From Octopus sinensis (lineage: Eukaryota): a DNA stretch of 64,000 bases. A program made the position numbers and the translations under genes. Location of the stretch: NCBI RefSeq assembly GCF_006345805.1, contig NC_043004.1, positions 6,386,001-6,450,000 of the forward strand. The letters are read 5' to 3'. The notes below the pieces were generated by a model, which worked only from the letters and a program-made list of their open reading frames with translations, did not search any database and had not been told where the DNA came from. Position 1 is the first letter of the stretch. Every line of letters starts with the position of its first letter. Shown here piece after piece: positions 1-12,661 of this stretch.

Positions 1-1129
1 TAGGAGGGAAAAGGAAAAAAAATACAATGATAGGGAGGGGGATTGATGCAGGTGATGGTGTGTAAAAGAAGTAATAAGAGAGACAGATGTAGAGGAGTGA
101 GGGAAAGAGGTAGTGAAGGCTGGGTTTACTGAGAGGCAGTAATGGATGAGCAACAGGAGGAGGTAGCAAACGCAGGGTTTAATGAGGGAAAGACACTAAT
201 AGCAGCATCACATTTTCAAATATATAAAGCATGCAAGGGATAGCTAGTTATAGAAATGGCCTGAGGTAAAAAGATGTGATGGATGCTAGTTAGTAACGAG
301 TGGTCTGAGAGAAGTGAAGTAACCGGAAGCAGTATAGAAGTGAATAGTAATATTGGCTGGAGAGGGAGAGCATGGGCCATGGATGGTCAAGATGGCAATG
401 GAAAGAAAGTGCAGAATGTCAATATTAGAGTGGGGGGGGAAGGTAGTACAGAGGGATAAATGGGGAGGTATATTGGATACCAAAAGTGCCCATGCAATCC
501 CTTGCTATTTTGTCATTGTAATGGGAGAGAAACAATAATGGTAGTGATATGCTTGCTGGTGAGAGAACGAGTGAATGAATGGTAGTTAGTTGCAGAAATG
601 ATCAGTGGTAACAGTGTGATGGGCCACATACAGTGGCATAGCTAGAGTGTATGCATAAGCTCAGGAACAGGGTGTGCAGGAGGTGTAAGCACCCCACTAA
701 AATTTGGGGGTGGGAGCAATAAAAATGCTTTGAACATCTTGGGTTGGACCTGGATTTTGCACCCCTAAGAAAATTCTGTTCCCACACTTATGAGTGTGTG
801 TGTGTGTTGCAAAGGGAAACCTCCACCCCTCCTGTACAGCCTATACAGGCTCATACAACAGACCCCAATTTGCAGCCCTCATAAAAGCAGTACCTGAGGC
901 AGACCATCTACCCTCATCTCATCTAGCTGTGCTACTAGTAGTATGACGTCGTGAAAAGGCAGTGGGGAGCATTAGAAAGAAAATAGGGTGTCAAGCAGAC
1001 AAGAGAGACAACAGGTGGAGACTTAACAGGAGCAAATCAGGCAAAAGCCTAGATGTAGGTATATTATGTATCCCAACTTCCATCACTGCCCTCACTCATT
1101 TTAACATACATTCACCAAATTCCCACAGC

Positions 1130-1420
1130 TGGCCATGTCTTCTCCGGTACTGTGCATCACCAATGAACCTAGAGATCAGTCTTCACCATTTCATCCAAAT
1201 CTTCCTAGGTGTCTCTCTTCAACAGATACAATTCATTTTGAACACATGGCATTTCCTTATTCAGCTGTCTTTCTCCAAACACATCACATGTCTATATCAA
1301 TGCAGTCTTCTCTCTTATAGACTGCACCTGATTCCTCTTACGCCCAGATTTTCTCTTACCTTATTTGAACTCCAGTATTCTAGCACAATGATAATAAACA
1401 TCCAACAAAACATGTAAATC
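1130..1420 (-). mobile_element. Decayed RTE LINE 3' ORF fragment
   Basis: Minus strand reads approximately ENLGVRGIRCSL*ERRLH*YRHV...PRKIWMK..KTDL, matching the RTE C-terminus seen at 4220-4500. Confidence 0.7.
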
Positions 1421-1889
1421 TCTTTTCTTTCATATCTTAAGAAATCCTTTGTATTCATTGTTAATACTTTGGGTTTGGATACATAAACAAAGCTTCATCT
1501 TTTAGAAATGTTCCATGAAGTGAACATCAAGATATTTGTCTACAATTAAGAATATTCCTTTTCTTCAAAATAAAGGAAGAAAATGACCAACTACAACATA
1601 GAAAAGAAGAATACCTTTAGGAATTCTAAGTTTGAAACTAAACCAGAAAGAGTCAACACTGTTACTAAAAATAGCTTCCTCTATGCAGATTACTCCATAA
1701 CATGTGTTTTTGAAAAGCTGTAAACAGTGAAAGCACTTACACACTATGAACGCTTTTTTCTAAAAGACTTGCATCATTCAGTTTTTTTTTTGAGATTTCT
1801 TTTTATATAATTAATAAGTTTTAATTTCAGAAAATATTTCCTCAAGTATTATGACTACATCAATAATTCTTTCTAAAACATTTTTTAAA

Positions 1890-2213
1890 TATACGCAAGG
1901 ATGACTGTCTGGTTTAGTAGTTTACTTTGCAGCCGCATGGTTTTGGTTTCAGTCCCACAGCACAACACCTTCAGCAGGTGTTTTCTATTATAGGCCTGGA
2001 CTGACCAATGCCTTCTGAATAAATTTGCTAAACGGAAACTGTGTGGAAATGTAATGAGTGTGTGTGTGTGTGTGAGGCCAGACCCCACCTACCCACCACT
2101 TGACAACCAGTGTTGGTTTGTTTACATCCCGGTAACTTAACCAGTTTGGCAAAAGAGCCTGATAGACTAAGTACCAGATTTAAAAATAAGTACCGGGGTC
2201 AATTTGTTTAACT
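1890..2213 (+). mobile_element. SINE family A, diverged copy
   Basis: Degenerate tRNA-like head, central (GT)n and 3' body homologous to the young copy at 56404-56815. Confidence 0.7.
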
Positions 2214-2264
2214 ATATGACGATATGTGTGTGTGTGTGTTTATAAGCATGCACATGCACCCATA

Positions 2265-2295
<31 letters not shown>

Positions 2296-2789
2296 CACAC
2301 ACACACACACACATACACATACATATTTGAAAGGTGACATTGACTTTGAGGTTTTGCCAAATCTGGCTTTTCAAACTCTGTTATTAGAGAAGATATTAGT
2401 CAAATAGTTGTAATGGGTGGAGTATCATTATCGATGAAAGATAATGAAAAGAGCTAATGAAAATGGTTGAAGTGAGGTAAGACACAGTAACAGGGAACGT
2501 AGAAAATAAAAGAGGAACATTTATAGGATATGTGTCAGAGGAAAATTTTGAGTGTATCAGGCTAAGTTTAAAATATAATATACATGTATATATTTTATAT
2601 AATAACTTAAATAATAACTCAGATATGTTTTAGCCAAAGTTTGGCCTAGGCTATGTCTAACTTAATATTATTGACAGTGACTTCAAAGTTTCAACCAGCT
2701 AAGTCATTGGTGGACAATAATATTCCTGTTTAAAAATAACAAATTTGTACTCTACAAAGCTATAGAGAAATCCATTTATGAAATGATGC

Positions 2790-3834
2790 GCATACCTTAA
2801 TGGATTTCCTCCTTTTTACTGAAACCTTGTTTGATCAAAGCCATCAATGAAGACATACAGTTGTGAGAAGTTGTGTTGGATATTGCTTCAACTGCACCCC
2901 ATAGCCAAAAATCACACAATTTCAAACCTGGTGAGCTAGAGGGCCAGATATCTTTAGGGACAAACATGGGCAATTCTTTATTCAAAACATTTTGCACTCT
3001 TTTTGAAGAACAGGCAGGTGTGGAGTCCTGTGCAAGTATGACTTGACTCGCATCATAATACTTCCTAATCCAAGGCAACAAAACTTCTAAGATTTTGAGA
3101 TACTCTGCTGTGTTGATTTTAAGACCCACTTCTATAAAATGAAGCGGCATCAATTTCCCATTGCTTGCAACAGCTCCAAAACCCATGATGAAAGCTGGAT
3201 TTTTGCTATGCATTGCTGAAGAAACTTGGGAAGGGTCGAACACTATGACTTGCAAATTTTGACAGCTTGCAACTTTGTCTACCTTGAATTTCTTTTCATC
3301 CACAAAGATGCAGACGTCTCTGCTGCAATGTTTCAAATGACTAAGAAGTTTCAGACTTTTTTCAGCTTGAATGGCTTTGGAGTGGGTTGTTAGGATGTTA
3401 CAGCATCTCCTCACATATGATTTCATATAGAGGTCTTATCTCACAGCTCTGGATCAATCTTGAGCCAACTTTGCATTGATTTTGATGGGTTCGACTCATA
3501 TGATCTTTTAAGTCCTGCTAAGAAGCGAAGTATGCATTTTTAGTCACTGCGAAGACTGCGAGGCTTTCTCTGAACATCCTGACTTTTCTTCAAATTGGCT
3601 ACAACTCTAAAAACAGTAGATTTGGCATACTTTGTGGCTGTAAAGATCTCCCCAGCCCTTTTGCTGGCACTTCTTCAGTTTAATTCATTATTAACATTCA
3701 TAATTTGTTGAATCAAAAATAAAAAAACAGTACAAGTGATTAAGTGATTATTCAAGCTGGGAATACTCAAAATTTAGACTCCAACAAAATCTATACCCAT
3801 TTAAAATTTGCCCCAATCTACCTGTTACACCCTG
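2790..3834 (-). mobile_element. maT-type (DD37D) Tc1/mariner transposon, truncated and inactive
   Basis: ORF 2797-3426: FVDEKKF...AQDSTPAC...WPSSSPGLKLCD, with 37 residues between the second and third D by hand count. Broken N-terminal region 3427-3690. TA-CAGGGTGT terminus near 3835; other end missing. Confidence 0.85.
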
Positions 3835-3857
3835 TATGTGTGTATATATATATATAT

Positions 3858-5455
3858 ATCATCATCATCATCATCATCATCATCATTGTTTAACGTCCGT
3901 TTTCCATGCTAGCATGGGTTAGACAGTTTGACCAGGTCTGGGATGCCAGGAGGCTGCACCAGGCTCCAGTCTGATTTGGCAGTGTTTCTACAGCTGGATG
4001 CCCTTCCTAATGCCAACCACTCCGTGAGTGTAGTGGGTGCTTTTTATGTGCCACCGGCACAGGTACCCAACAACAATTTCCATTTGACTTTTATTTGATG
4101 TTGATGTACTTGACTTGCCCTACAATCCAAGGTAAGCACAGCAGGCTGTTCTGTGATCCAAGTTACTTTGGATGGGCTGGGGTTGCTATGTGAGGCTGGT
4201 GCAGGAAACAGCCATGAACTCACATTATTTCTCGGGTCTTCGCAGTCACAGCACATCTCCAGAGATCTTGATCTTTTGTCATTGCCTCTATGAGGCTCAA
4301 CATTCGAAGGTCATTCTTGACCACTTCATCCCATGTCTTCCTGGGTCTACCTCTACCCTGGATTCCTTCCACTGTTTGGGAGTGGCACTTCTTCACACAT
4401 CTCTCCTCATCCATCTATTGTACATGTCCATACCAGTGCAAACGTCTCTCTTGCATGCCACATCCAATGCTTCTTATGTCCAGCATTTCTCTTAGGGCAC
4501 TTACACTCTGTCGTGTGTGCACACTGACATTACACATCCAGCGGATTATGCTAGCTTCATTTCTTTCAAGCCTACACATGTCCTCTGTAGTCACAGCCCA
4601 TGTTTCACTACTGTGAAGCATGGCAGTTCGCACACATGTGTCGTACAATCTACCTATCACTTTGAGTGAGAGACCCTTTGTCACCAGTAGGGGTAGAAGC
4701 TTTCTAAACTTTGCCCAGGTTATTCGTATTCTAGTGGTGACACTCTCTGAGCATCCACCTCCACTACTAACTTGGTCACCTAGGTAGCAGAAACTATCAA
4801 CTACTTCTTGTTTCTCCCCCTGGAGTGTGATGGAAACTTTTTTCTGAGCATCTGTGGTGTCTATTGTCCCTGTGCATCTGCTGCACATGAAAGCTATCTT
4901 TTCGGTTAATTTTCTTTTGATGTTGCTGCACCTCTTATGGGTCCATAGCTTACACTAGGTACATCTTATGGAGTTTCTACCTACACCTTTTCAACAGATC
5001 GAGCAGGGCCACCTACTTGAGGGGGTGTGTGATGAGTTCACCTTCCTACTTACTATAACTTTGGTCTATGAATTTATGAAAGTATGTATGCAGTGTTGTG
5101 TGTATACCACTGAATGACAGCTGTATTAACATTACAGTCCCACTACCACTCCATATTTGTCGCTTACACAATTTTATTCTTCCCTTTTCTGATATCAGCC
5201 ATACTAACTATGCCACCATATTTCCTTCATGCCAACACTTTTGTATCCTTCTCACTTTAAGGCCTGTACAGTCCTTATTAACCATTCGTCAATTTCCAGT
5301 TTCTGCATCGCCCGCCAGATAAGGGATCGGGGGACCCTATCAAAGGCTTTCTCCAAGTACACAAAAGCTAAGTAGAGGGGTTTATTTTTAGCTAGGTATT
5401 TCTCCTGCAGTTGTCGAACCAGGAATATGGCATCAGTGGTGCTTCTACTTGTTGG
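3858..5455 (-). mobile_element. 5'-truncated RTE LINE (dominant family) with (GAT)n tail
   Basis: RT motifs AFVYLEKAFDRVP (5252-5455), PHD-like finger (4874-5011), FCYLGD...RLYDTCVRTAMLHSSETW (4415-4888), GRGRPRKTWDEVV, 3' UTR and (GAT)n. Stops and internal rearrangement. Confidence 0.92.
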
Positions 5456-5665
5456 CCGGACAAACACAGACATACAAACATATACACACACATACATATA
5501 TATACATATATACGACGGGCTTCTTTCAGTTTCTGTCTACCAAATCCACTCACAAGGCTTTGGTCAGCCCTAGGCTATAGTAGAAGACACTTGCCCAAGG
5601 TGGCAATGGACCTGGAACCATGTGGTTGGTAAGCAAGCTACTTACCACATAGCCACTCCTGCACC
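5456..5665 (-). mobile_element. SINE family A, 5' half
   Basis: Reverse complement of the ggcgcaggagtggctgtgtggtaag head plus (CA/TA)n, fused to the RTE 5' truncation. Confidence 0.85.
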
Positions 5666-6459
5666 TAATACCACACTACATAAATATAAAACCTAAGACC
5701 AAGAGACAGACAGATGGACCTGCACCCGACATAGAGTAGAGAGCAGTTTATCATTGAAGGAGTCTCAAACGGTGACAAAATGACTTTGACAAGCATGACT
5801 GATTGATTGATTAACCAAATGATTATTCAAACAACTTATTAGTCAATTGGTTAAATAGTTAAGCAATTATCAAATAATAAAGAAGTGAAATGGAACCAGT
5901 GTGTGTGTTTATTACTGGCATAACAAGCCTCCTAGATACAACTAATTTTACTGTATTTTCTGACATAAATGTTGATGTTGTATACAATATAAACATGTAG
6001 TGTAAGAATTCAAATAGCATCACTGTCTTTCCAAATTCTACTGCATTTCACATGGAATTTTTGGTCCATCAAAGCCATCTTTGTGTATAAGTCAACCCAC
6101 TTTTTGTGGCTGTAAATTTTAGTCTGAAAAATTCAACTTGTATTTTGAGTGATATGGCAATTATTTATTTTGAAATATCCTGGTATTTTCTGGCACTGTG
6201 TGTTAGTGTGAATGAGAGAAATAATTTTTAATTGGATGCCTTGAATAATTCATGTCATTTCAACTAGATTTGGAAATCATTTGGAATATCAGATGGATTG
6301 TTTCCAAACTGTTTATATTATAATTTACAAATGTGTGTTTTCATAAAATTATTGATTACTGTGTGTAATCTCCTGAAGAAATGTGTTAGCTCAGAAGAGA
6401 TTAATTCTGATCTTTGCTTGGTTGAGAATCTTTGATATAATTACCCCTTTCTGTCTTTG

Positions 6460-6542
6460 TTTGTCTGTCTGTCTATCTGTCTATCTGACTCACTCACTCA
6501 CTCACACACACGCGTGCACATGCACACACACACACACACACA

Positions 6543-6608
<66 letters not shown>
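6460..6608. repeat. Compound microsatellite (TGTC/CTCA/CA)n
   Basis: Direct reading; explains the THTHTH ORFs. Confidence 0.95.
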
Positions 6609-6609
<1 letters not shown>

Positions 6610-7076
6610 CACATTTTCTGCTATTTTCTTGTCTTGTCTCTTATCATGTGACCATATACACTTGTAAATATATATGTAAAGAAATTTATAGATTTATATA
6701 TGAGTGGTGGGAGCACATACGTATGTATATGTGTATATGTGAGAGAGAGACAGAAGGAGAGAAGGTGTGTGTGAGAGTGAGAGAATCCTTGTAACTCAAC
6801 AGTATGTTTAAAAAGTTGATATTTCTTTAATTCAAGATTTCCAAAGAAAACCAAAACTGTGATAACATTATCATTAAAAATATAATAAAAAATCTAAAAT
6901 ATTAATTTTCCAGTTGGCTCACGGAAATAAAATGATAACATTATTTGCAATGATTACTTCAGAATACAGAAATAAGGAATGATAATTAAAATTGTTTAAA
7001 ATTGTTGTTGGTCAACTTTAATCAAGCAGACATGCCAATGATCAAATGTTTCAGTTATCACAAACCTTTTCTTTTA

Positions 7077-7253
7077 CATCATCATCGTTTAGCATCCGTT
7101 TTCCATGCTAGCATGGGTTGGACGGTTCTACTGGGGTCTGTGAAGCCAGAAGGCTTCATCAGGCCCAGTCAAAATCTGGCAGTGTTTCTACGGCTGGATG
7201 CCCTTCCTAACGCCAACCACTCCGTGAGTGTAGTGGGTGCTTTTTACGTGCCC
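7077..7253 (-). mobile_element. RTE 3' UTR-only fragment
   Basis: Matches 3870-4060. Similar tail-only copies at about 10720-10890(+), 12700-12850(+), 24610-24760(+), 30152-30307(-), 51405-51570(-) and 53810-53975(+). Confidence 0.85.
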
Positions 7254-7639
7254 TAAGTAGAAATTTCCTTCTGACCCATATTACCCAATCTACTTTTTTT
7301 GTATGTTAGTAGAATGTGTAGTGATCTCATACAGCCAGGTATGATATTGTGAAACCAAAAACCTGATCCTCCATGGTTTTTGCACCCAAGTTTTCTTCAC
7401 CAAACACAGCAGTATTATGGCAACCATTTTTTCTATATAAAGTTGAATTCAAAAGACTCTCTCTTTCTTTCTTATTTGGTATCAAGCCACCATGAGAAAG
7501 TTGTTTCATGTCACTCTTTTTCCAACAAGGATGTAGTAAATACAACACACAAAACAGATATGCCCACTCAAATTTTCTGCTGTCTTAAATTAAACAACAC
7601 TTTAAGCTGAATAAAAAATTGATTTCCTGAATCTCTTAC

Positions 7640-7775
7640 ACATGCAAGCATGTATCTGACTCATACACTGTTCATTTTCCAGACATTTGTACATTACTCC
7701 ATATGTTTTACATGCACTTTTGACAAGTTGTGGTGCACCTGAGCACTGTATACAATAATTTCATTATTATTATTT
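7640..7775 (+). mobile_element. CR1-like LINE 3' end
   Basis: Ends agttgtggtgcacctgagcactgtatacaat(att)n, shared with 44740-44835 and the CR1 3' UTR at 48310-48390. Confidence 0.65.
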
Positions 7776-8047
7776 CAGTTGATTACAACCATGTATGTTA
7801 CTTTCTTTTATCTATTTCCCTTAGTGCATACATGCATGCACATGCACTCACATACACACACACATATACATAGATAGTCAGCTTCCACACAGTTTCCGTT
7901 CACCAAATTCACTCACAAGGCATTGGTTGATCTAATTCTACATTTGCTAAGCATAAACATATGGTAAATGATGGTGGTGGTGGTGGTGTTGGTGGTCTCT
8001 GTATTAGCATAAGAAGACAACTAAGGTGTCACAGTGAAACTAAACCT

Positions 8048-8282
8048 GAGCTGGTAGAAACGTTAGCACGCCGGGCGAAATGCTTAGCGGTATTTCGTCT
8101 GCCGCTACGTTCTGAGTTCAAATTCCGTCAAAGTCGACTTTGCCATTCATCCTTTCAGGGTCGATTAAATAAGTAAATAAGTACCAGTTACGCACTGGAG
8201 TCGATATAATTGACTTAATCCATTTGTCTGTCCTTGTTTGTCCCCTCTGTGTTTAGCCCCTTGTGGGTAGTGAAGAAATAGA
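8048..8282 (+). mobile_element. SINE family B (Nin-domain-like)
   Basis: gagctggtagaaacgttagc head and a gactttgcc.ttcatcctttc.gggtcgat...aagtaccag core resembling the Nin domain as I recall it. Confidence 0.85.
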
Positions 8283-8404
8283 AACTAAGCCAAAATTATG
8301 AGGCTGCGAAACAAGTATCTTAACCACACAGTCATGCTTGCACTTCTTTTATTCTCTATAGGTTCATTTAATGAAAGATTTGGCTGTTATTTGTAGCAGC
8401 TTAA

Positions 8405-8627
8405 CCCTTTTGTTACTGTATTTATTTTGAGATGCTCTGTGTTTCTTTCAATTACTTTTTAAAATAATGAAGAATTTAGTAAAATAACTGGGTCATCATT
8501 AAGCTAGTGTTAGGGAACATAAATTGTGACCAAGGTCTGGTGGAAGATTTTAATTCAAAACTTATGAAAATGAGACATTTGAACTACAGAGCCAGAGCTG
8601 GTTTCAGCCGGGTTGGTATCAAAAGGG
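8405..8627. mobile_element. piggyBac-type MITE
   Basis: TTAA at 8401-8404 and 8628-8631; TIRs CCCTTTTGTTAC / GTATCAAAAGGG (11/12). Confidence 0.85.
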
Positions 8628-9274
8628 TTAAGCAACCACATAGAGACTTTGGCTTATGATGCCTTTGCTTTTCTGTTGTGATAACAATAATGCTTGTCAA
8701 GTAATTCTTTTCAAATTGCATCCAAACTCAATATTCAGTAAGAATTTTCCAACGTATGAAAAGCCAATTTCACAGAGATTTTTCTCTGCAAGGACACATA
8801 ATTGTCGTTGACATCATTGTTGTTGGTGTTGTTGTTGTTGATTATAATGTTTACATCATTTCAGAAACAAATAAAGAAAAGGGAAAAGATAGAAAAAAGT
8901 AAGAGACCTCCATCATTGCTTTGTACAGTTGAACACCTTCCCGAATATGCAGTCAGGTAAAAAGAAATTGTTCAATACGCATGACTAATGATGTGTCATA
9001 GCACATCTCTTTGTTATCATCAAATAAAGAAATATGTGAGCAAATGTGTGTGTGTGTGTGTGTGTGTGAGTGTGTGTGAGAGTGTGTGTGTGAGTGTGTG
9101 TGTGTATGATATGAGTATAAGCATGCTTTGTTATATGAAGGCTTAACATTCTGTATTTTAAAATGTGTATGAATTCAATGTATATTTTTAGTATATCTCT
9201 CTCTATATAAATAGTTTTGTATATCAATATATAATTATATACACTTACTCTCCCTCACACTTACATGTACATAC

Positions 9275-9308
<34 letters not shown>

Positions 9309-9937
9309 CTGCACACTCACACATTCGCACGCACACACACACACACACACACAAATACATGTACACACACATATCCACGCTTACTTTCCCGCAGGTACAG
9401 ATGTTCACGCACATTGCATAATGTAGTCCTACATACAGAAAAAGTCAAGATGGTTACAAGTGAAACACCTTTGATCATAGGTCTAACTATTCAGGCAGGG
9501 CAAGCTCAGGGCTAAAACAACAACAAACAATCCTTAGATATTATACATCCAACCAATGCTATTCTTTCATCTAATTCTACATTTGCTAAGCATAAACAGG
9601 CGGTGGCGGTGGTGGCAGCGGCGGCTATTGTTGTTGTTGTTGTATTAGCATCAGGACATTGTCATAACACCAGTTCAACTTTTTCCAAAGTTTTGACCTG
9701 ATCAATTATTGCTGGTGTTTAGCCTAAAGTCAGCCTTGATCATTCTTAGCAAACCTTGGATCAAAGGCATTCTGGCTTATTAAGTTTATGATGGATAACA
9801 ATTGCCTATTTATCCTTTCTTATAGGGTATAATTTTATAGAATTTAGCTATTATTTCATGCATGCCAAGTGATTGTATTGAGGCTCTGTTATTGGCTTGT
9901 TAGATGGACTATAAGATAAGAATAGATTGGGTACAAA

Positions 9938-10110
9938 GGCGCAGGAGTGGTTGTGTGGTAAGTAGCTTGCTTACTAACCACATGGTTCTGGGTTCAGTTC
10001 CACTGCATGGCACCATGGGCAAATGTCTTCTACTATAGCCTCGGGCTGACTAAAGCCTTGTGAGTGGATTTGGTAGATGGAAACTGAAAGAAGCCCATCG
10101 TATGTGTGTG
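9938..10110 (+). mobile_element. SINE family A, 5' half
   Basis: Near-consensus head with CORE-like ccatgggcaaatgtcttc; 3' half absent. Confidence 0.85.
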
Positions 10111-10249
10111 GCTTCCACTGGTCAAGGTAAGTATTTTAACTTGTGATAGATGAGGGCAACACAAATCATTTCATGGAAAGGATAAAACCCTTTCCTTTTA
10201 ATCTATACTTACTGATGGATAAAGATAACTTACACAAAACCAAGTCCAC

Positions 10250-10660
10250 TTTTCCAGTCTCTCCTGCTGCCATGACCAGATCATTCGGACATTCAAGAAC
10301 AGTCTGAATTACATAGATTTTATGTAAGCTGAATGAATACCTCTCTGAACTTGACACATCTAGACACTGCGTAAAAAATGTGTAAAGCTTGTCCAGTCAT
10401 GTTTTTAGTTCACTTGTTGTCAGCCTGTCTTTCAAGTTCAGTATAGCATGTCCAACAAAACATAGTCAAGTTAACTTCCTAGATGGCAGAAATATTTCGT
10501 ATTCACTGCTATGCAATAACATAATTCTTATAATACGTGTCTCATACAGTCTGCATTTTGCATGGACAAGAAAGTTTACATAACCAATAAAGTAGCTGTT
10601 CTTATGTCATTTTCTATCTTCAGACTCAAATACTATACTAGCTGTAGCTCTCCTTCTATG
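10250..10660 (-). mobile_element. Ancient RTE relic
   Basis: Minus frame KCRLYETRIIRIMLLHSSE...LKDRLTTSELKT resembles RTE GRLYDACVRTAMLHGSE. Confidence 0.55.
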
Positions 10661-11029
10661 AGACACACAGATTTCAAACAACCCTACCCAGCATGCATAT
10701 ATTTGTGTGTATACATACACTGGTGCTTGGTGCCTTATAAAAAGCATGCAGTATACTCTGTAAAGTGGTGGGCATTAGGAAGGGCATCCAGCCATAGAAA
10801 CCATGCCAAAACAGAGAATAGAGCCTGGTGTTGCCAGTTCCTGTCATACTGTCCAACCTATGCCAGCAATGGAAAACGGACATTAACTCTTACTTTCATG
10901 TACGGTTCTCTATGTTTTAATTCCTCGTTCATAGAAGGATTTAGCAAAAGAGGCTAAAAACAGGTATATTTAGAATGTAAAAACTTTTATGAAACCTTTT
11001 GTGTGCATATATGACCTTGAAATGTTACA

Positions 11030-11690
11030 GGTGAGCTGACAAAATATACAAGTAGGCTGAAAAGAATAGCATGCAGTTTAATGCTGAAAAGTTTCAAGCC
11101 TTGTGCTATCACCATGCAAAACTAAATGCAATACCCATTAAATACACTGGACTTGGAGGGATTGTAATCCCAGAGGCACAGTCAGTGCAAGACCTGGGCA
11201 TTTACATGAGTAATGATGCATCCTTCCATGTGCATGTTGCTAAATTAGCAATGAAATGCAGATGCTTGACTGGATGGATTCTTAGAACTTTTAGAACAAG
11301 AGATCAGGAAACCATGATGGTCCTCTGGAGGACACTTGTCCAAAGCCACTTTGACTATTGCTCTCAGCTATGGTAACCAGTGTCAAATTAATCTCAGAAC
11401 TTGAGGCAAGCCAACGAAACTAAACAAAGAAGATAGCCTCTATGCAGCATATAAGCTACTGGGAAAGACTCTATTCCTTAGAGCGTAGGCAAGAAAGATA
11501 TGCCATAATATACATCTGGAAGATCCTGGAAGGACTTGTCCCAAACTTTGGCATTGAGAATTACACAAATACTAGAACTGGGCACCACTGCATAGTGCCA
11601 AGGATCCAAATTTGCCATCAAAATGTAGGACAAGATACTGCAATAATCTGGGCTTCAGAGGTATACAGCTCTTCAATATCTTCCCGAAGA
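11030..11690 (+). mobile_element. CR1/L2-group LINE RT C-terminal fragment
   Basis: MQFNAEKFQ...VQDLGI...WILRTFRTRDQETMMVLW...DYCSQLW; same family as 60219-61185. Confidence 0.9.
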
Positions 11691-11934
11691 TATACGCATC
11701 TAAATATAAGTATATGTATGTATATATATATATATATAAACACTCATGCACACACACACATAAATATACATTCATAAACAATAGATACAAGTAGGTATGC
11801 ACATAAGCACACATACATATATGTACACCAATTAATGTAAATGAATATATATATAAAGAACTGGACATATATGCGCATATATATATACATATAGTAAATC
11901 CATAAAAAGAAGAACAAACACAAAAAAAAACAAC

Positions 11935-12090
11935 AACGCGAGGATGTGGTACATGTAAAGTATTAGCAGACGCTAAGGGAAGGAAAGAAAGGTGGTTTAA
12001 TGTTTCCAGCAACACTCTTCTTCAGAAATAGAGGAAAGTGCAATAGAAAGGAAGACGGAGGAAGAAAATCACTAACGATTCACATTTGGA
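11935..12090 (-). mobile_element. Penelope-like element 3' remnant
   Basis: Minus strand ctgaagaagagtgttgctggaaacatt resembles a decayed PLE-type hammerhead motif; flanked by simple repeats. Confidence 0.5.
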
Positions 12091-12169
12091 TACATTTTGA
12101 AATGACGAGAATGGAATGGGTGAAGAAAAAGTTCTTTCTAAGACAGGTGAGTGTAAGAGAAGGAGATTA

Positions 12170-12520
12170 TCATCATTGTCGTTTAACGTCCGCTTTCTTT
12201 CCTGGCATGGGTTAGATGGTTTGACTGAGGACTGGTGAACCAGAGGCTACACCATGCTCCAATCTGATCTGGCAAGGTTGCTACAGCTGGATGCCCTTTC
12301 TAACGCCAACCACTCCAAGAGTGTAGTGGGTGTTTTTACGTGCCAATGGCGCGAGGGCCAGTCATGCAGCTCTGGCAACGACCATGCTCAAGAGGTGTTT
12401 TTTACATGCTACCTGCATGGGATCCAGTCCAGCGGTACTGGCAACGACTATGCTCAAATGTTTTTCATAAGCCACCACCACATGTGCCGGTAAGGCAATA
12501 CTGACAATGATCATGCTATG
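12170..12520 (-). mobile_element. RTE 3' UTR fragment with tandem subrepeats
   Basis: Homologous to 38838-39270 and 52387-52860. Confidence 0.85.
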
Positions 12521-12581
12521 TGTGTAGATAGATAGATACACATACATGTTATTTCAAATAGATAGTGTGCAGATATTAACT

Positions 12582-12661
12582 CCGTGTGTTATTCATTCAA
12601 AAGAATCTTGTAGTAAAACTACATTTATACTACAAGATCCTTTTGAATGAACAACACATGG
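12582..12661. repeat. Near-perfect hairpin / mini fold-back element
   Basis: 34-bp arms 12582-12615 and 12628-12661 with 3 transition mismatches; 12-nt loop. Confidence 0.9.

Noticed and set aside
180-600. Possible APE endonuclease relic on the minus strand (FTSGHFYN resembling GDFN)
   Set aside because: Purine/pyrimidine-biased sequence with only a vague motif match; not enough to call.
7327-7548. 73-aa minus-strand ORF as a host exon
   Set aside because: No recognisable domain and weak splice signals.
9905-10126. Exon MDYKIRIDWVQ/RLPLVK apparently split by a SINE, with a strong AAG|GTAAGT donor
   Set aside because: The SINE is 3'-deleted, so the flanks need not have been adjacent; no homology recognised.
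10166-10357. Protein-like ORF with nearby GTAAG donors
   Set aside because: Better explained as part of the ancient RTE relic.
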